From: Desulfatiglandales bacterium | Lineage (GTDB): Bacteria > Desulfobacterota > DSM-4660 > Desulfatiglandales > HGW-15 | NCBI GenBank assembly: GCA_963667015.2 | Contig: CAXXJJ010000004.1 | Span: 2,976,001-3,040,000, forward strand | DNA length: 64,000 bases | Reading direction: 5' to 3' | Part shown: positions 20,408 to 28,935 of the stretch, one piece after another | How positions within the stretch are numbered: the stretch's first letter is position 1 | How the letters are laid out: each line of letters begins with the position of its first letter | Notes under the pieces: generated by a model | The model's database searches: none | Seen by the model: the letters and a program-made list of their open reading frames with translations, nothing else | Told to the model about the DNA's origin: nothing | Position numbers and translations under genes: made by a program

Positions 20408-21394
20408 TTACTTTCTAATTTGCCATATAAACACTAAAACACACAAAATAATAAACACTAGACCAATAATCGATCCCCATCTATCAATTATATCTAATGC
20501 TGCCTGATTATTTATAATGGTTAGATACAATCCAATAATAAAACCTATCAACGAAGCTGAAATCGCTACCCATCTTGTCTGCAGTTCTTTGGCTTTACTA
20601 CCTAATGCGTCTGAAATTTCTTTATTCATATTACTCCTGATCCCCTTACTTTCGTTGCATGCATCATCTACTTCTGTTGATAACCTGTTTATTGAATCAT
20701 AAATTTGTGAATATTCATTTGTTACTATTTCAAATTTATTTTGAACTGTTTTAAGGCATTCTCCTAACACATCCCAAGGATATCCTGAGTTGATAAGGTT
20801 TTTTAGTAATTCTTCAGGGCCCCCTTCAACATAAGAATCCACCCATTCAGAGGGTTTGAGGCCAACACGAGGAGGTTTTCTCATTGAACTGACATACCCT
20901 TCCAAATTCTGATAATCGCCGTCATAAGGTTTATCCGGTGTTTCACCATTTCCCAGTTTAAATATAGTAAGTCTGAATAATTTTTCCTTATGGCTAAATT
21001 CACGAGGCTTATTTGAAGTATTAGCTATTGTCCAGTTCAAAGTACCTCGATATCCAGCATCAACTTGAGTAGTCGGAGCAACTATTCCCTCCCTAGAGAG
21101 ATCAGTTGTTGGGCTTACAAATGCATGAAGATCATGATCGGGATAAATCTTTCTGACGATTTCTCGTCTAAAATCGATCATCTCGTGTGCCACTAAACCA
21201 ACAGAATGTCCCGGCCTAACACGTATAGCTTTAGATTCTCTACCTAATCTAAATTCTTTCCCACTATTAAGCATCTCACCTTCTTCACCAAGCCGGAGAA
21301 TATAGGAATTAGGTCTAATACAATCTGATTCACCACCAATAATTACAGTACCAAACAGTTTTTGAATTTCTTCATCATTCAGAATTTCTGCCAT
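20408..21394 (-). CDS. Divergent dCTP deaminase/dUTPase-fold protein with helical linker and two C-terminal TM helices
   Basis: ILND.EI, PNSY.LRLG, PG....., VDAGYRG, PY.G.YQ typical of Dcd; two hydrophobic C-terminal helices; likely start MAEIL at 21394 after AAGAAGG (ORF track 21463). Confidence 0.75.
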   Translation of the reverse strand: MAEILNDEEIQKLFGTVIIGGESDCIRPNSYILRLGEEGEMLNSGKEFRLGRESKAIRVRPGHSVGLVAHEMIDFRREIVRKIYPDHDLHAFVSPTTDLSREGIVAPTTQVDAGYRGTLNWTIANTSNKPREFSHKEKLFRLTIFKLGNGETPDKPYDGDYQNLEGYVSSMRKPPRVGLKPSEWVDSYVEGGPEELLKNLINSGYPWDVLGECLKTVQNKFEIVTNEYSQIYDSINRLSTEVDDACNESKGIRSNMNKEISDALGSKAKELQTRWVAISASLIGFIIGLYLTIINNQAALDIIDRWGSIIGLVFIILCVLVFIWQIRK

Positions 21395-21881
21395 AGTAGC
21401 CTTCTTTTTAGATGTGATGATTGTACATTCAATGCCAATACTTCGCTTTGTTACATCGTTCATAAAGTGTTGAAAGTCAAGGAAAAAAAACTTAATTTAT
21501 TAATAAAATTAGGCAGTTAAAGAACAGAATAGGTTTGTGGAATTGTTGATAAATACCCTATTGTCCTAATAAAGTTAGAGAATTTCCTATATTCACTTGT
21601 TTAAAAGTTGTCGATAACGACAATGCTATTTGAAGCAAATAATTGTACATCAGCAGCTTTTTCTCATTCGTCAGTTTTTCCAGCGTTACTGGATATTTGA
21701 ACTGAGTCAGGTTTATATTAAATTCCTTTACACATGAATCAAGATTCATTCAAAATATTTGCTAGCCATCTGTGATATTCGGATATACTACATTTCCAAC
21801 CCCGATGAACCAGATGAAAGCTGAAAACTTATAAACTTATGGGCATCCCCTTCATGGGCACAGCACCTATTTCTTTACATT

Positions 21882-22544
21882 TTAATCTTTTTTTACTGGT
21901 GTAAATTCTGAAAGATGATCTCTGAACCATTGCCGTGTTGCAAGGGGCCTCCATCGTTCCAGGTTAAAACGAAAATCACATTTCCCTATGCACTGCCCAC
22001 ACCCACACGGACATAATAGTTTATTTGCATCACGCTTCCTTTTCCCCAACGCCCTCAAAACCTGTAGAACAGAAGCCTTATCAGGCACACTAAAAAAATG
22101 CTGGTAATCATCTATTAATCCAGCCTCCCCATGATCCAATTCACCGAATGGATAGATATTGTGTAGTATTTTATAGCTGACAGCATAAAGAAATGGATCA
22201 ATAATTTTTTCACTAAAATCAATTATTGTGGGATGTTCGAAAAGAATAGATTTAAGCTTTATTTCTGACCCAAGGCATAAAGTGCCATCTTTGTTAGTAT
22301 GGTGATCGGAATTTTTCGGAATTTGATTTCCAATTTCAAAAACTTGAGGAAGCGATCTGGGATAGCGAGCCGGGAAAATAGTTCGAAGCTTATATGTCTC
22401 CTGAATAGCCTCATAGTCATCCATTTGTGCATTGAGGTAATAATCCCCTTCTATTACAACCCGCTCTTCTCCATACTCTGTGAGCCGCATTCTGGGGTGT
22501 AAAGATAAAAAACCCTGTAGCTCAAACTTATTCCACTTTGACAT
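21882..22544 (-). CDS. CBASS-associated prokaryotic E2-like protein with C-terminal SEC-C-like Cys cluster
   Basis: FPARYP..LPQVFE, HTNKDGTLCLG (E2 active-site His/Cys), CPCGCG...C; abuts the CD-NTase stop. Confidence 0.8.
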   Translation of the reverse strand: MSKWNKFELQGFLSLHPRMRLTEYGEERVVIEGDYYLNAQMDDYEAIQETYKLRTIFPARYPRSLPQVFEIGNQIPKNSDHHTNKDGTLCLGSEIKLKSILFEHPTIIDFSEKIIDPFLYAVSYKILHNIYPFGELDHGEAGLIDDYQHFFSVPDKASVLQVLRALGKRKRDANKLLCPCGCGQCIGKCDFRFNLERWRPLATRQWFRDHLSEFTPVKKD

Positions 22545-23744
22545 TTACATTCTACACCAAGGCCTTGGGCTGGAAGCTTCTACATGTTTAGGTGAAGTGA
22601 TAACTGCGGCACTCAATCCTAACATATGCTCAATGTCGATTTTATCGAGATTGACAGAAAATCCACGGTCAGCAGCATCCAGAATGACCTGACTATTATC
22701 TTTTGAGCAAATTGCAGCAAAGTCGGCTTTTGCTTGAAACACCCATCTATAAAAATTATCCCGTAACTTCAGGTGGGTGTGTTTTTCAGAATACCATTTA
22801 TCTGCAAAATCCTCTGCCGGGTTTACCGGATTGGGAACAAGCGGCACACTTTGCTGAATATAGTCTTCCATGGAATTTAAAATATTGGAGAGAGCAGATA
22901 CTAAATCACTTTCACCTCTATATGCACGAGCAGCTAAAGTCGTGATGATTACAGAAATTGGTTTTGAATCCTCATTCCCTTCAAACATCGTGTCTCTGTG
23001 GCGCTTTAAAAGTTGAACGGCACTTTGAAGTGGCGTTTTCCATCGGTAATAAGGAAGCGTATCGATACTTGCTTTAATAGCCCTTTCGCGTTCATTTAAA
23101 AAATCAGCGGCTGCGCGCATCCTGCTTTCAAACCAGCGAGCATATCCTTCCGGGTTACTAATACGCCAATCTTCAGTTATAGTTTTATATCCAAGGTCTG
23201 TATTATCGGTTATCGATAGAGCCAGTACCGAGACATCGGAGGCAAGAGATTCCTCTAACTTGGATAGACTGACCATTCTGTCTCTCAATAAAATTCTTAT
23301 TGAATCACTTTCAGGAATACATGGTACAATATCCATATGGAAGCTTAGGCCATCTGCATATTCCAATCTCCAACAACGTTTTTTTTCAGCCAAATCTTCT
23401 TTTATGTGGCGTTCCTTCCTGTACTCTTCCAGTTCATCACCAATCAGTACTTTTAGCTGTTCCTGTGTCGTTGTTTTTTTCGACAATCCATGACGAAGAT
23501 CGCAACCCATATCAAGATCATATGCTTCACCTTTATATGGCCTGTTTGCTGTTCCCAGCCTGAAAGAACCTTGAGAAAACACATGCGGATCAAAATGCAC
23601 ACACTTTGACTCTTCCCTATGAAGCCATTCACCGATGTCTTTATAGCGCCTTTCTGCTTTTTCGTAAGCTCCCTCCGGCAGTTCAATTTTTTCCAATAAT
23701 TTTTCTAATACCGCATTACTTCTTTTATCAAACATGAATATCAC
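22545..23744 (-). CDS. cGAS/DncV-like nucleotidyltransferase (CD-NTase, probably clade G)
   Basis: QGSFRLGT, YDLD, FHMDIVP, SNPEGY..WF, PLQ.AVQLLKRHRD, KPIS.IITTLAA, NPVNP.E.FADKW. Confidence 0.92.
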   Translation of the reverse strand: MIFMFDKRSNAVLEKLLEKIELPEGAYEKAERRYKDIGEWLHREESKCVHFDPHVFSQGSFRLGTANRPYKGEAYDLDMGCDLRHGLSKKTTTQEQLKVLIGDELEEYRKERHIKEDLAEKKRCWRLEYADGLSFHMDIVPCIPESDSIRILLRDRMVSLSKLEESLASDVSVLALSITDNTDLGYKTITEDWRISNPEGYARWFESRMRAAADFLNERERAIKASIDTLPYYRWKTPLQSAVQLLKRHRDTMFEGNEDSKPISVIITTLAARAYRGESDLVSALSNILNSMEDYIQQSVPLVPNPVNPAEDFADKWYSEKHTHLKLRDNFYRWVFQAKADFAAICSKDNSQVILDAADRGFSVNLDKIDIEHMLGLSAAVITSPKHVEASSPRPWCRM

Positions 23745-24885
23745 CTCGTAATTCTATGGATTTATTAAACTCCTGTTTTCCAAAATCCTGATCGTAAATA
23801 ATCCATGGCATCTCAGCTTTTGGCATTCTTGCGCGACCCAATTCGACGCAACATGAAACAGGCATAACAGGAAAGATATGCAAGGGCGCATCATTTCCGT
23901 GTTTATTTTTAATATCGACCATCAACTTTCTTACACCTCTGCGAAAGGCAGAAAGTTGGTGCTTTGACTTCATGAAATCGTTATGAGGGCTTTCGATAGT
24001 CACTTCCCAGATATTGGCATCCTCTAAAACGCGTGTAATACGATCATGAGCAACATGGTCGCTAAGCGAAAACAATAGAGCCGGAACTCCATCAAAATTG
24101 TCAGGCTCATGCACTTTAAATTTGAATATTTCCGGCAATTCCTGCCAGCGCCAGCCTTTAGGCTCCCGATGTAACTGGTAGGTTTCCACTGATATTTTGT
24201 CTGTAAGAAGCGCACCAAGCTGTATCAAAAGAGGTTGTGGTGCCAGTGCGAATAAAGAAAAATGTTTACAAGAATCCTGAGCAATGAAAGGTGCAATATT
24301 TCTCTCGTATGCCCTGTAAAGATGCGCTTTTTCTGCATCCCAATACTCAGAACTACTGTCTTTTAATTCCGAATTCATCGACAGAATGACAGGCCTTTCA
24401 TTTGCCGGATACCAATTCGGAAACATGGATTTCACACAAGAACGATATTCAATGGGGGATTTTTCAGAGCCTATATTCGAGCCATACAAAACAACATGGC
24501 TTTTCTTGTCCGGCTCTATTCCGGTTACGATTTCAACCCGGCGCTCATGATCGTTTTTCCACTGAATTAGCAATTCTGCTGAATATCTATCACCATTCAC
24601 ATCTTGATCGATCTTTTTATGGCAGCCATGACACATCAGCATCAAATTACTGATATCGTTGAGGCACTTGGGCTTTAATTTAAACGGCCCCCAACCACGC
24701 GGGCCTTTGTCTGAAAAGGAATAGATATGTGCTTTTTGGGCTAAGTTGACAGATTCCTGAGTAACGGAAGATTTGTATAACAGCTTATTGCAACCGCTGA
24801 ACTGGCATCTACCTGCCGCCCTCGCCCATAATTCGCTCTCTACCTGACGTGTTATATACCGTGTGACCTCTTTAGCCATTATCAT
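23728..24885 (-). CDS. HNH-SAVED effector (Cap5-like endonuclease)
   Basis: GRCQFSGC, AHI...GPRG, NLMLMCHGCHKKID (HNH); FALAPQPLL..LG, HIFPVMP...ELGR (SAVED). Confidence 0.9.
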   Translation of the reverse strand: MIMAKEVTRYITRQVESELWARAAGRCQFSGCNKLLYKSSVTQESVNLAQKAHIYSFSDKGPRGWGPFKLKPKCLNDISNLMLMCHGCHKKIDQDVNGDRYSAELLIQWKNDHERRVEIVTGIEPDKKSHVVLYGSNIGSEKSPIEYRSCVKSMFPNWYPANERPVILSMNSELKDSSSEYWDAEKAHLYRAYERNIAPFIAQDSCKHFSLFALAPQPLLIQLGALLTDKISVETYQLHREPKGWRWQELPEIFKFKVHEPDNFDGVPALLFSLSDHVAHDRITRVLEDANIWEVTIESPHNDFMKSKHQLSAFRRGVRKLMVDIKNKHGNDAPLHIFPVMPVSCCVELGRARMPKAEMPWIIYDQDFGKQEFNKSIELRGDIHV

Positions 24886-24894
24886 TCCCCTACC

Positions 24895-25266
24895 TTATAT
24901 TTTTCCTACCAGCGGTAATGATCTTGAGGTCAGAGCATCGAGTAACAAATGACTCATATAAGCAGCCCCGGCACAAAGGCCTAAAACTCTTAATAGAGCC
25001 TCAAACCCATCTTGAGGCTCCCAGTCATAAACCTTCTTCGTGCTATACCCAACTAAACCCAGCACCACTAAGCTATGAAAAAATTGTCGATGGTGTGGAT
25101 TCTTCATCGAGGGTTCCAATATATCTGGCAATTTGCCGAATAGCGCACCCATCCCAATTGCTGGTAATGGATTGTGATGGCTGTTTCCAATATCATCCTT
25201 GTCCAATACAGCAACGGTAAGGCCAGATAATCCCCCGATAACTGAATGAGTTGAACCGTTCGGCAT
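24895..25266 (-). CDS. Membrane metal-dependent hydrolase (YdjM/DUF457-like)
   Basis: N-terminal TH, LPD.LEP, HR.FFHS, SHLLLD.LT motifs with hydrophobic helices. Confidence 0.85.
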   Translation of the reverse strand: MPNGSTHSVIGGLSGLTVAVLDKDDIGNSHHNPLPAIGMGALFGKLPDILEPSMKNPHHRQFFHSLVVLGLVGYSTKKVYDWEPQDGFEALLRVLGLCAGAAYMSHLLLDALTSRSLPLVGKI

Positions 25267-25268
25267 AG

Positions 25269-25442
25269 CTACTTTTCCTTTCTCACGCCTTTAAAAGGCG
25301 TTTTATCTGATGTCTTAACATCCATGAAACGCCCAGTTTCTGTATCTCGTTTCACATAATGCCCTGATGGGGTTTTTGTTTGTGAGCGGCCTCGAACGGC
25401 CCCGTTTCTGTGTCCATCGCCTTTTGGTGGGTTAGTCGCCAT
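25269..25442 (-). CDS. Small basic 57-aa protein (absent from the ORF track)
   Basis: MATNPPKGDGHRNGAVRGRSQTKTPSGHYVKRDTETGRFMDVKTSDKTPFKGVRKEK; AAGGA RBS; stop 2 bp before the next ATG. Confidence 0.8.
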   Translation of the reverse strand: MATNPPKGDGHRNGAVRGRSQTKTPSGHYVKRDTETGRFMDVKTSDKTPFKGVRKEK

Positions 25443-25464
25443 AATGTTTTTCCTTTACAAAAGA

Positions 25465-25572
25465 TTAATAATGGTTAATATTGGAATTAACGATTGTTAA
25501 TATAATAATTCTCGTAATAATGTTTGTCAACGGGTGTTAAGATTTTTTATGATTTTTTTTAACGGGAGTTAA
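25465..25572. promoter_or_regulatory. Four TTAAC-N4-GTTAA dyads (candidate CapH operators)
   Basis: 25465 TTAAT-AATG-GTTAA; 25487 TTAAC-GATT-GTTAA; 25527 TCAAC-GGGT-GTTAA; 25559 TTAAC-GGGA-GTTAA. Confidence 0.75.
25502..25530 (-). promoter_or_regulatory. sigma70 promoter of the CBASS operon
   Basis: Minus strand TTGACA(25530-25525)-N17-TATTAT(25507-25502). Confidence 0.75.
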
Positions 25573-25576
25573 TATT

Positions 25577-25936
25577 ATGTCAGATAAAATAGACCAAGCC
25601 AAAATAATAAGTAAAAATATCAAGGATTTAAGAGATAAACTGGGGTGGAACCAATCAAAACTCGCTAATGAAGCAGGCATTACAGGTGCTGCTTTAAGTA
25701 AAATTGAAAAAGGTGATGGCCGCGTCCCTACAATCGTCGTGCTTAATAAAATAGCGTCTGCGCTGAAGGTTCAGCCCTATGAAATCACAGGAGAAGAACC
25801 TCAAAAACTTTCTGCGGCTAATGAACGCAACCGCGAGTTTTACAGAAAATGGGATATACTCGAAAGCCTAACCGAGAAAGACCAGGAGCTACTAAAAGGA
25901 ATGGCAGAAAGATTAAAAGACATTACGGAAGAATAA
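25577..25936 (+). CDS. XRE-family HTH repressor (CapH-like)
   Basis: IKDLR...WNQSKLA..AGIT...LSKIEKG; divergent from CBASS and followed by a peptidase. Confidence 0.85.
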   Translation: MSDKIDQAKIISKNIKDLRDKLGWNQSKLANEAGITGAALSKIEKGDGRVPTIVVLNKIASALKVQPYEITGEEPQKLSAANERNREFYRKWDILESLTEKDQELLKGMAERLKDITEE

Positions 25937-26752
25937 ATGCTGGAAGAACAAAAAGGGGCAGCGGAGGCAGAAGAGCTATTAGAGGGACTGGGTTTCGATT
26001 CCTTGCCGATTATTCCCAATAAAGTGGTAGAGTCGATAGATTGTGCCGCTTTCAGGGTCGTTTTCGAAGCAAGAGAATTTGATTCTGAAGGCATCCTTGG
26101 CAAAGCTGAAGGAAATAGTAAGGCTGCACTAATCTACGTAAATTCCAACATTCCCGATCAGGGACGGTTTAATTTTACCGCTGCCCATGAAATTGGACAT
26201 GTTTGTATGCACATACAAACTCAAACAAAGTTATCCTTTGAATGTGGGAATAAGGAAATCTATACCCAGTTTAACGATCCCATAGAAAAAGAAGCAAATG
26301 GTTTTGCCTCGGGGTTATTGATGCCTAAGAATCTGATTTACGATCATTTCGATGGTGATATTAATTGGCATAACATTTCACATCTATCAGAACTATGCAA
26401 AACCTCACTGGAAGCAACATATAGGCGTATAAGTTTTTTAGAAAACACACCAAGCGCTTTTATTATCCATCGAAATGGCAATTTTAGACGTTTTGTTGCA
26501 TCTGATTCCTTTGGATTTTTTATTGAAAACTCCCCGCTTTCATACGACCAACAAGATTTAGCAGTGGATGTAAAAGAAGAAGGATATCCTTTAGGCTTTG
26601 AAACTGTTGATGCATCTGACTGGATTGATCCAAACTCAAAAGGTATCTGCCTTGAGTCAATATATGCGAGCACGATATTGCTGGACAATGGTTTCACATA
26701 TACAATACTAACTTATGATGATGATTGTATACTTGAAGAAGCTGAATATTAG
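25937..26752 (+). CDS. ImmA/IrrE-family Zn metallopeptidase (CapP-like)
   Basis: RFNFTAAHEIGH (HExxH), EKEANGFASGLLMP, S.EA..RR. Confidence 0.88.
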   Translation: MLEEQKGAAEAEELLEGLGFDSLPIIPNKVVESIDCAAFRVVFEAREFDSEGILGKAEGNSKAALIYVNSNIPDQGRFNFTAAHEIGHVCMHIQTQTKLSFECGNKEIYTQFNDPIEKEANGFASGLLMPKNLIYDHFDGDINWHNISHLSELCKTSLEATYRRISFLENTPSAFIIHRNGNFRRFVASDSFGFFIENSPLSYDQQDLAVDVKEEGYPLGFETVDASDWIDPNSKGICLESIYASTILLDNGFTYTILTYDDDCILEEAEY

Positions 26753-26837
26753 TTATATCTGAAAAATTTTCTAGTAAAAATAAACAGAGAATACAATCAC
26801 TAACTAGAATATTTAAAATTAAATGTCTGAGGTCAGG

Positions 26838-26951
26838 GAGAAAAACAGGCTGCCGTCGTCGCCAAGGCTATGCCGGGCCAGGGAAGCAGGCTGAAGACTG
26901 TTAGGGAAAGAAAAAAACCAGAAATCAGGAATCTGAGGGAGGAGATCAGGG
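26838..26951 (+). repeat. Modular heptamer-periodic intergenic repeat, copy 1
   Basis: AAAACAGGCTG[~31-bp insert]AAGCAGGCTGAAGACTGTTAGGGAAAGAAAAAAACCAG...AGATCAGGGG. Confidence 0.8.
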
Positions 26952-26973
26952 GGAATGCTGTTAATTTTTTATA

Positions 26974-28077
26974 TTACATGTTAACAGCCCACGTAAAACG
27001 TTTTTTAAGATCATTACAATGGGTAACTGGTAATAATTTATCATGTTGAAGACGACCAACAACAATACCCGGTGCTATTCCTATTGAAGAAGCAAAATCC
27101 TGGATTTTGGATTTTGAAAATGGTGTATCCTGTATAAATTGTAAATAGCTGGCAGAAGGTATAAGAAAATCGGATGCAAATCGATCTGCCTCTTCTTCTT
27201 TTGCTTCAAGCATGTCTATTGAAGATCCTTCAATAAATATCTCCTTTTTCCCATGTTTTATTATATGACCTGCTTCATGAAAGAAAGAAAACCAAAGATG
27301 ATCATCTGATTTATACCTCAGGCTTAACTGTATTAAAGCCTTTTCAGCTGAGAGCCATCTTGTTGCACCGCTAACCCTTGTTTTTGGCAACTCAGGGGTA
27401 AAAACCACTGCAACTCCACAATTTGAACATATTTCTATTATTTTTTCCTGAAATAATTCAGGCGGTTCAATAGACAGAAGACGTATTTCATTAAGGGCTG
27501 ATTGAAACTTTACTTTATCGAACGGCCTGCAGTAGTATGTGCCTGCTTCGATTTCTCCCCTGCGCAGCCAGGCTATTAAGGCATAATTGTCTGTCTTTAA
27601 AGCCTTTGATTTTCTAAAAACAACCTTTTCATTTAAGGCAGATGTAATTTTCGGCCATTGATCAGGAGAAGCAATCGCAAAATATTTCAGTAATTCCTGT
27701 AACTGTTGAACCTTGTCATTATATTTAGCGACCCATCCCCATTTGACCATGTTGTTCACAGGAAAGGAAGCAAGCCATGTAATGTGTTTTTTCAATCTTT
27801 CCTGCTCTTCTATTCTTGCCAAACCTTCTCGATAATTACGCTCCCTGTTATTCCAGAAAGATGCAGGAGTCCCCAGCACGCGTTCCAGCTCAATGGACAT
27901 TTTAGGCGTAATAGGGGCTTTACCTTTAATAATCTCATTAATCATTTTTTTGGAACGGCCTGTTCTGTCTGCAAGATCAGCCTGGGACATGCCAAGTGCT
28001 TCTATCGTCTCCTGAAGTGTCACTCCCGGCGGAGTAACGCTGTCAGGCAGGTATTGATTTTTGTTATGTTTAGCCAT
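26974..28077 (-). CDS. HigA-family antitoxin fused to ImmA/IrrE peptidase domain
   Basis: PPG.TL.E...MSQADLA.R HTH; FWNN...Y; WFSFFHEAGH; EEEADRFA; likely start MAKH at 28077. Confidence 0.88.
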   Translation of the reverse strand: MAKHNKNQYLPDSVTPPGVTLQETIEALGMSQADLADRTGRSKKMINEIIKGKAPITPKMSIELERVLGTPASFWNNRERNYREGLARIEEQERLKKHITWLASFPVNNMVKWGWVAKYNDKVQQLQELLKYFAIASPDQWPKITSALNEKVVFRKSKALKTDNYALIAWLRRGEIEAGTYYCRPFDKVKFQSALNEIRLLSIEPPELFQEKIIEICSNCGVAVVFTPELPKTRVSGATRWLSAEKALIQLSLRYKSDDHLWFSFFHEAGHIIKHGKKEIFIEGSSIDMLEAKEEEADRFASDFLIPSASYLQFIQDTPFSKSKIQDFASSIGIAPGIVVGRLQHDKLLPVTHCNDLKKRFTWAVNM

Positions 28078-28408
28078 GTGTATCCTCCACACCCAGTATT
28101 TCTATTTCTGTTACCCTGGACCAATCCAGACCTTTATCTGGTTTCAGGGGAACAGGGTTATTATCCGGTTTAAAAAGAAGCCTGTATGGATGATCCAGGT
28201 CAACAGACAGTTTACCTCCATGGTCACCTTTCAATTCATGACAACGAGCCTGAGGGAGAAAACGAAGTGTTTCAAGCGATTCTGCTGCTTTTAGTTCATC
28301 AAGTCTCTGTAAAATCAGGGCAGCTCTTCTTGCACCATATGCCCTGATCAACTGTTTTCTATTATTACATTGTTTTTTTAACTTACCGGCCTTAAATACG
28401 ATATCCAT
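28070..28408 (-). CDS. HigB/RelE-family toxin
   Basis: RCHELKGD..G.LSVDL.HPYRLLF; toxin-first order; likely start MDIVF at 28408. Confidence 0.88.
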   Translation of the reverse strand: MDIVFKAGKLKKQCNNRKQLIRAYGARRAALILQRLDELKAAESLETLRFLPQARCHELKGDHGGKLSVDLDHPYRLLFKPDNNPVPLKPDKGLDWSRVTEIEILGVEDTHG

Positions 28409-28431
28409 CTTGCGGCTCTTTGTCAATTATT

Positions 28432-28450
28432 ATTAACCAAATAGGTTAAT
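28432..28450. promoter_or_regulatory. Dyad upstream of higB (candidate HigA operator)
   Basis: ATTAACC-AAATA-GGTTAAT. Confidence 0.55.
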
Positions 28451-28638
28451 GATTTTTAAATGTGATTATACTTGCTAGAATGTCAAATTCCCGTTTAATT
28501 CTGTTACCAATATTGGCCATGAGCCAATAATTGATTAAGGTTTCGAGACTTTTAGTAAAACGATAAGACTTGCAATCCGCCAGAGGCTGACAAGGGTAGT
28601 ATGTCTTCATGCCTGAATTGATACAGATATTTTTAAAA

Positions 28639-28785
28639 CTTATTTAAGAATAATTCAAGATTCAATATTAAAAAAGCAGACTGAAGGCTGTAGGCTGTTA
28701 GAGAAAACAGGCTGAAGCGGTTTAGGCTGTAGGCTGTTAGGGAAAGAAAAAAACCAGTGGTCAGATGGCAGAAATCAGAGATCAG
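28639..28785 (+). repeat. Modular intergenic repeat, copy 2 (longest, modules A+B+C)
   Basis: Shares its 5' part with 30663, middle with 32890/37113/33573(rc), 3' part with 26887/31419. Confidence 0.85.
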
Positions 28786-28820
28786 GGGACGAAAGTTTAC
28801 TGTATATAGTTTGCGGTTAA

Positions 28821-28935
28821 CTAAAGCTCATCAAGCATTTGATGAATTGTCTCAGCAAGGGATTTAATATGATTTTCGCAGACATCATAGATTTGATCTA
28901 GGAAGGATCTCCTTCACAATACTTATATCAAACAT
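28821..28935 (-). pseudogene. Internally deleted HEPN/DUF86 toxin remnant
   Basis: MFDISIVKEIL overlapping the MNT stop, joined out of frame to LDQIYDVCENHIKSLAETIHQMLDEL*; central R-x4-H region absent. Confidence 0.7.

Noticed and set aside
21558..21749. 63-aa ORF between E2 and the Dcd-like gene as an extra CBASS gene
   Set aside because: No RBS or motif; very AT-rich; could be chance or a decayed fragment.
20160..26830. Prophage or integrative element
   Set aside because: XRE/ImmA pair resembles immunity modules, but there is no integrase, att/tRNA site or structural genes.
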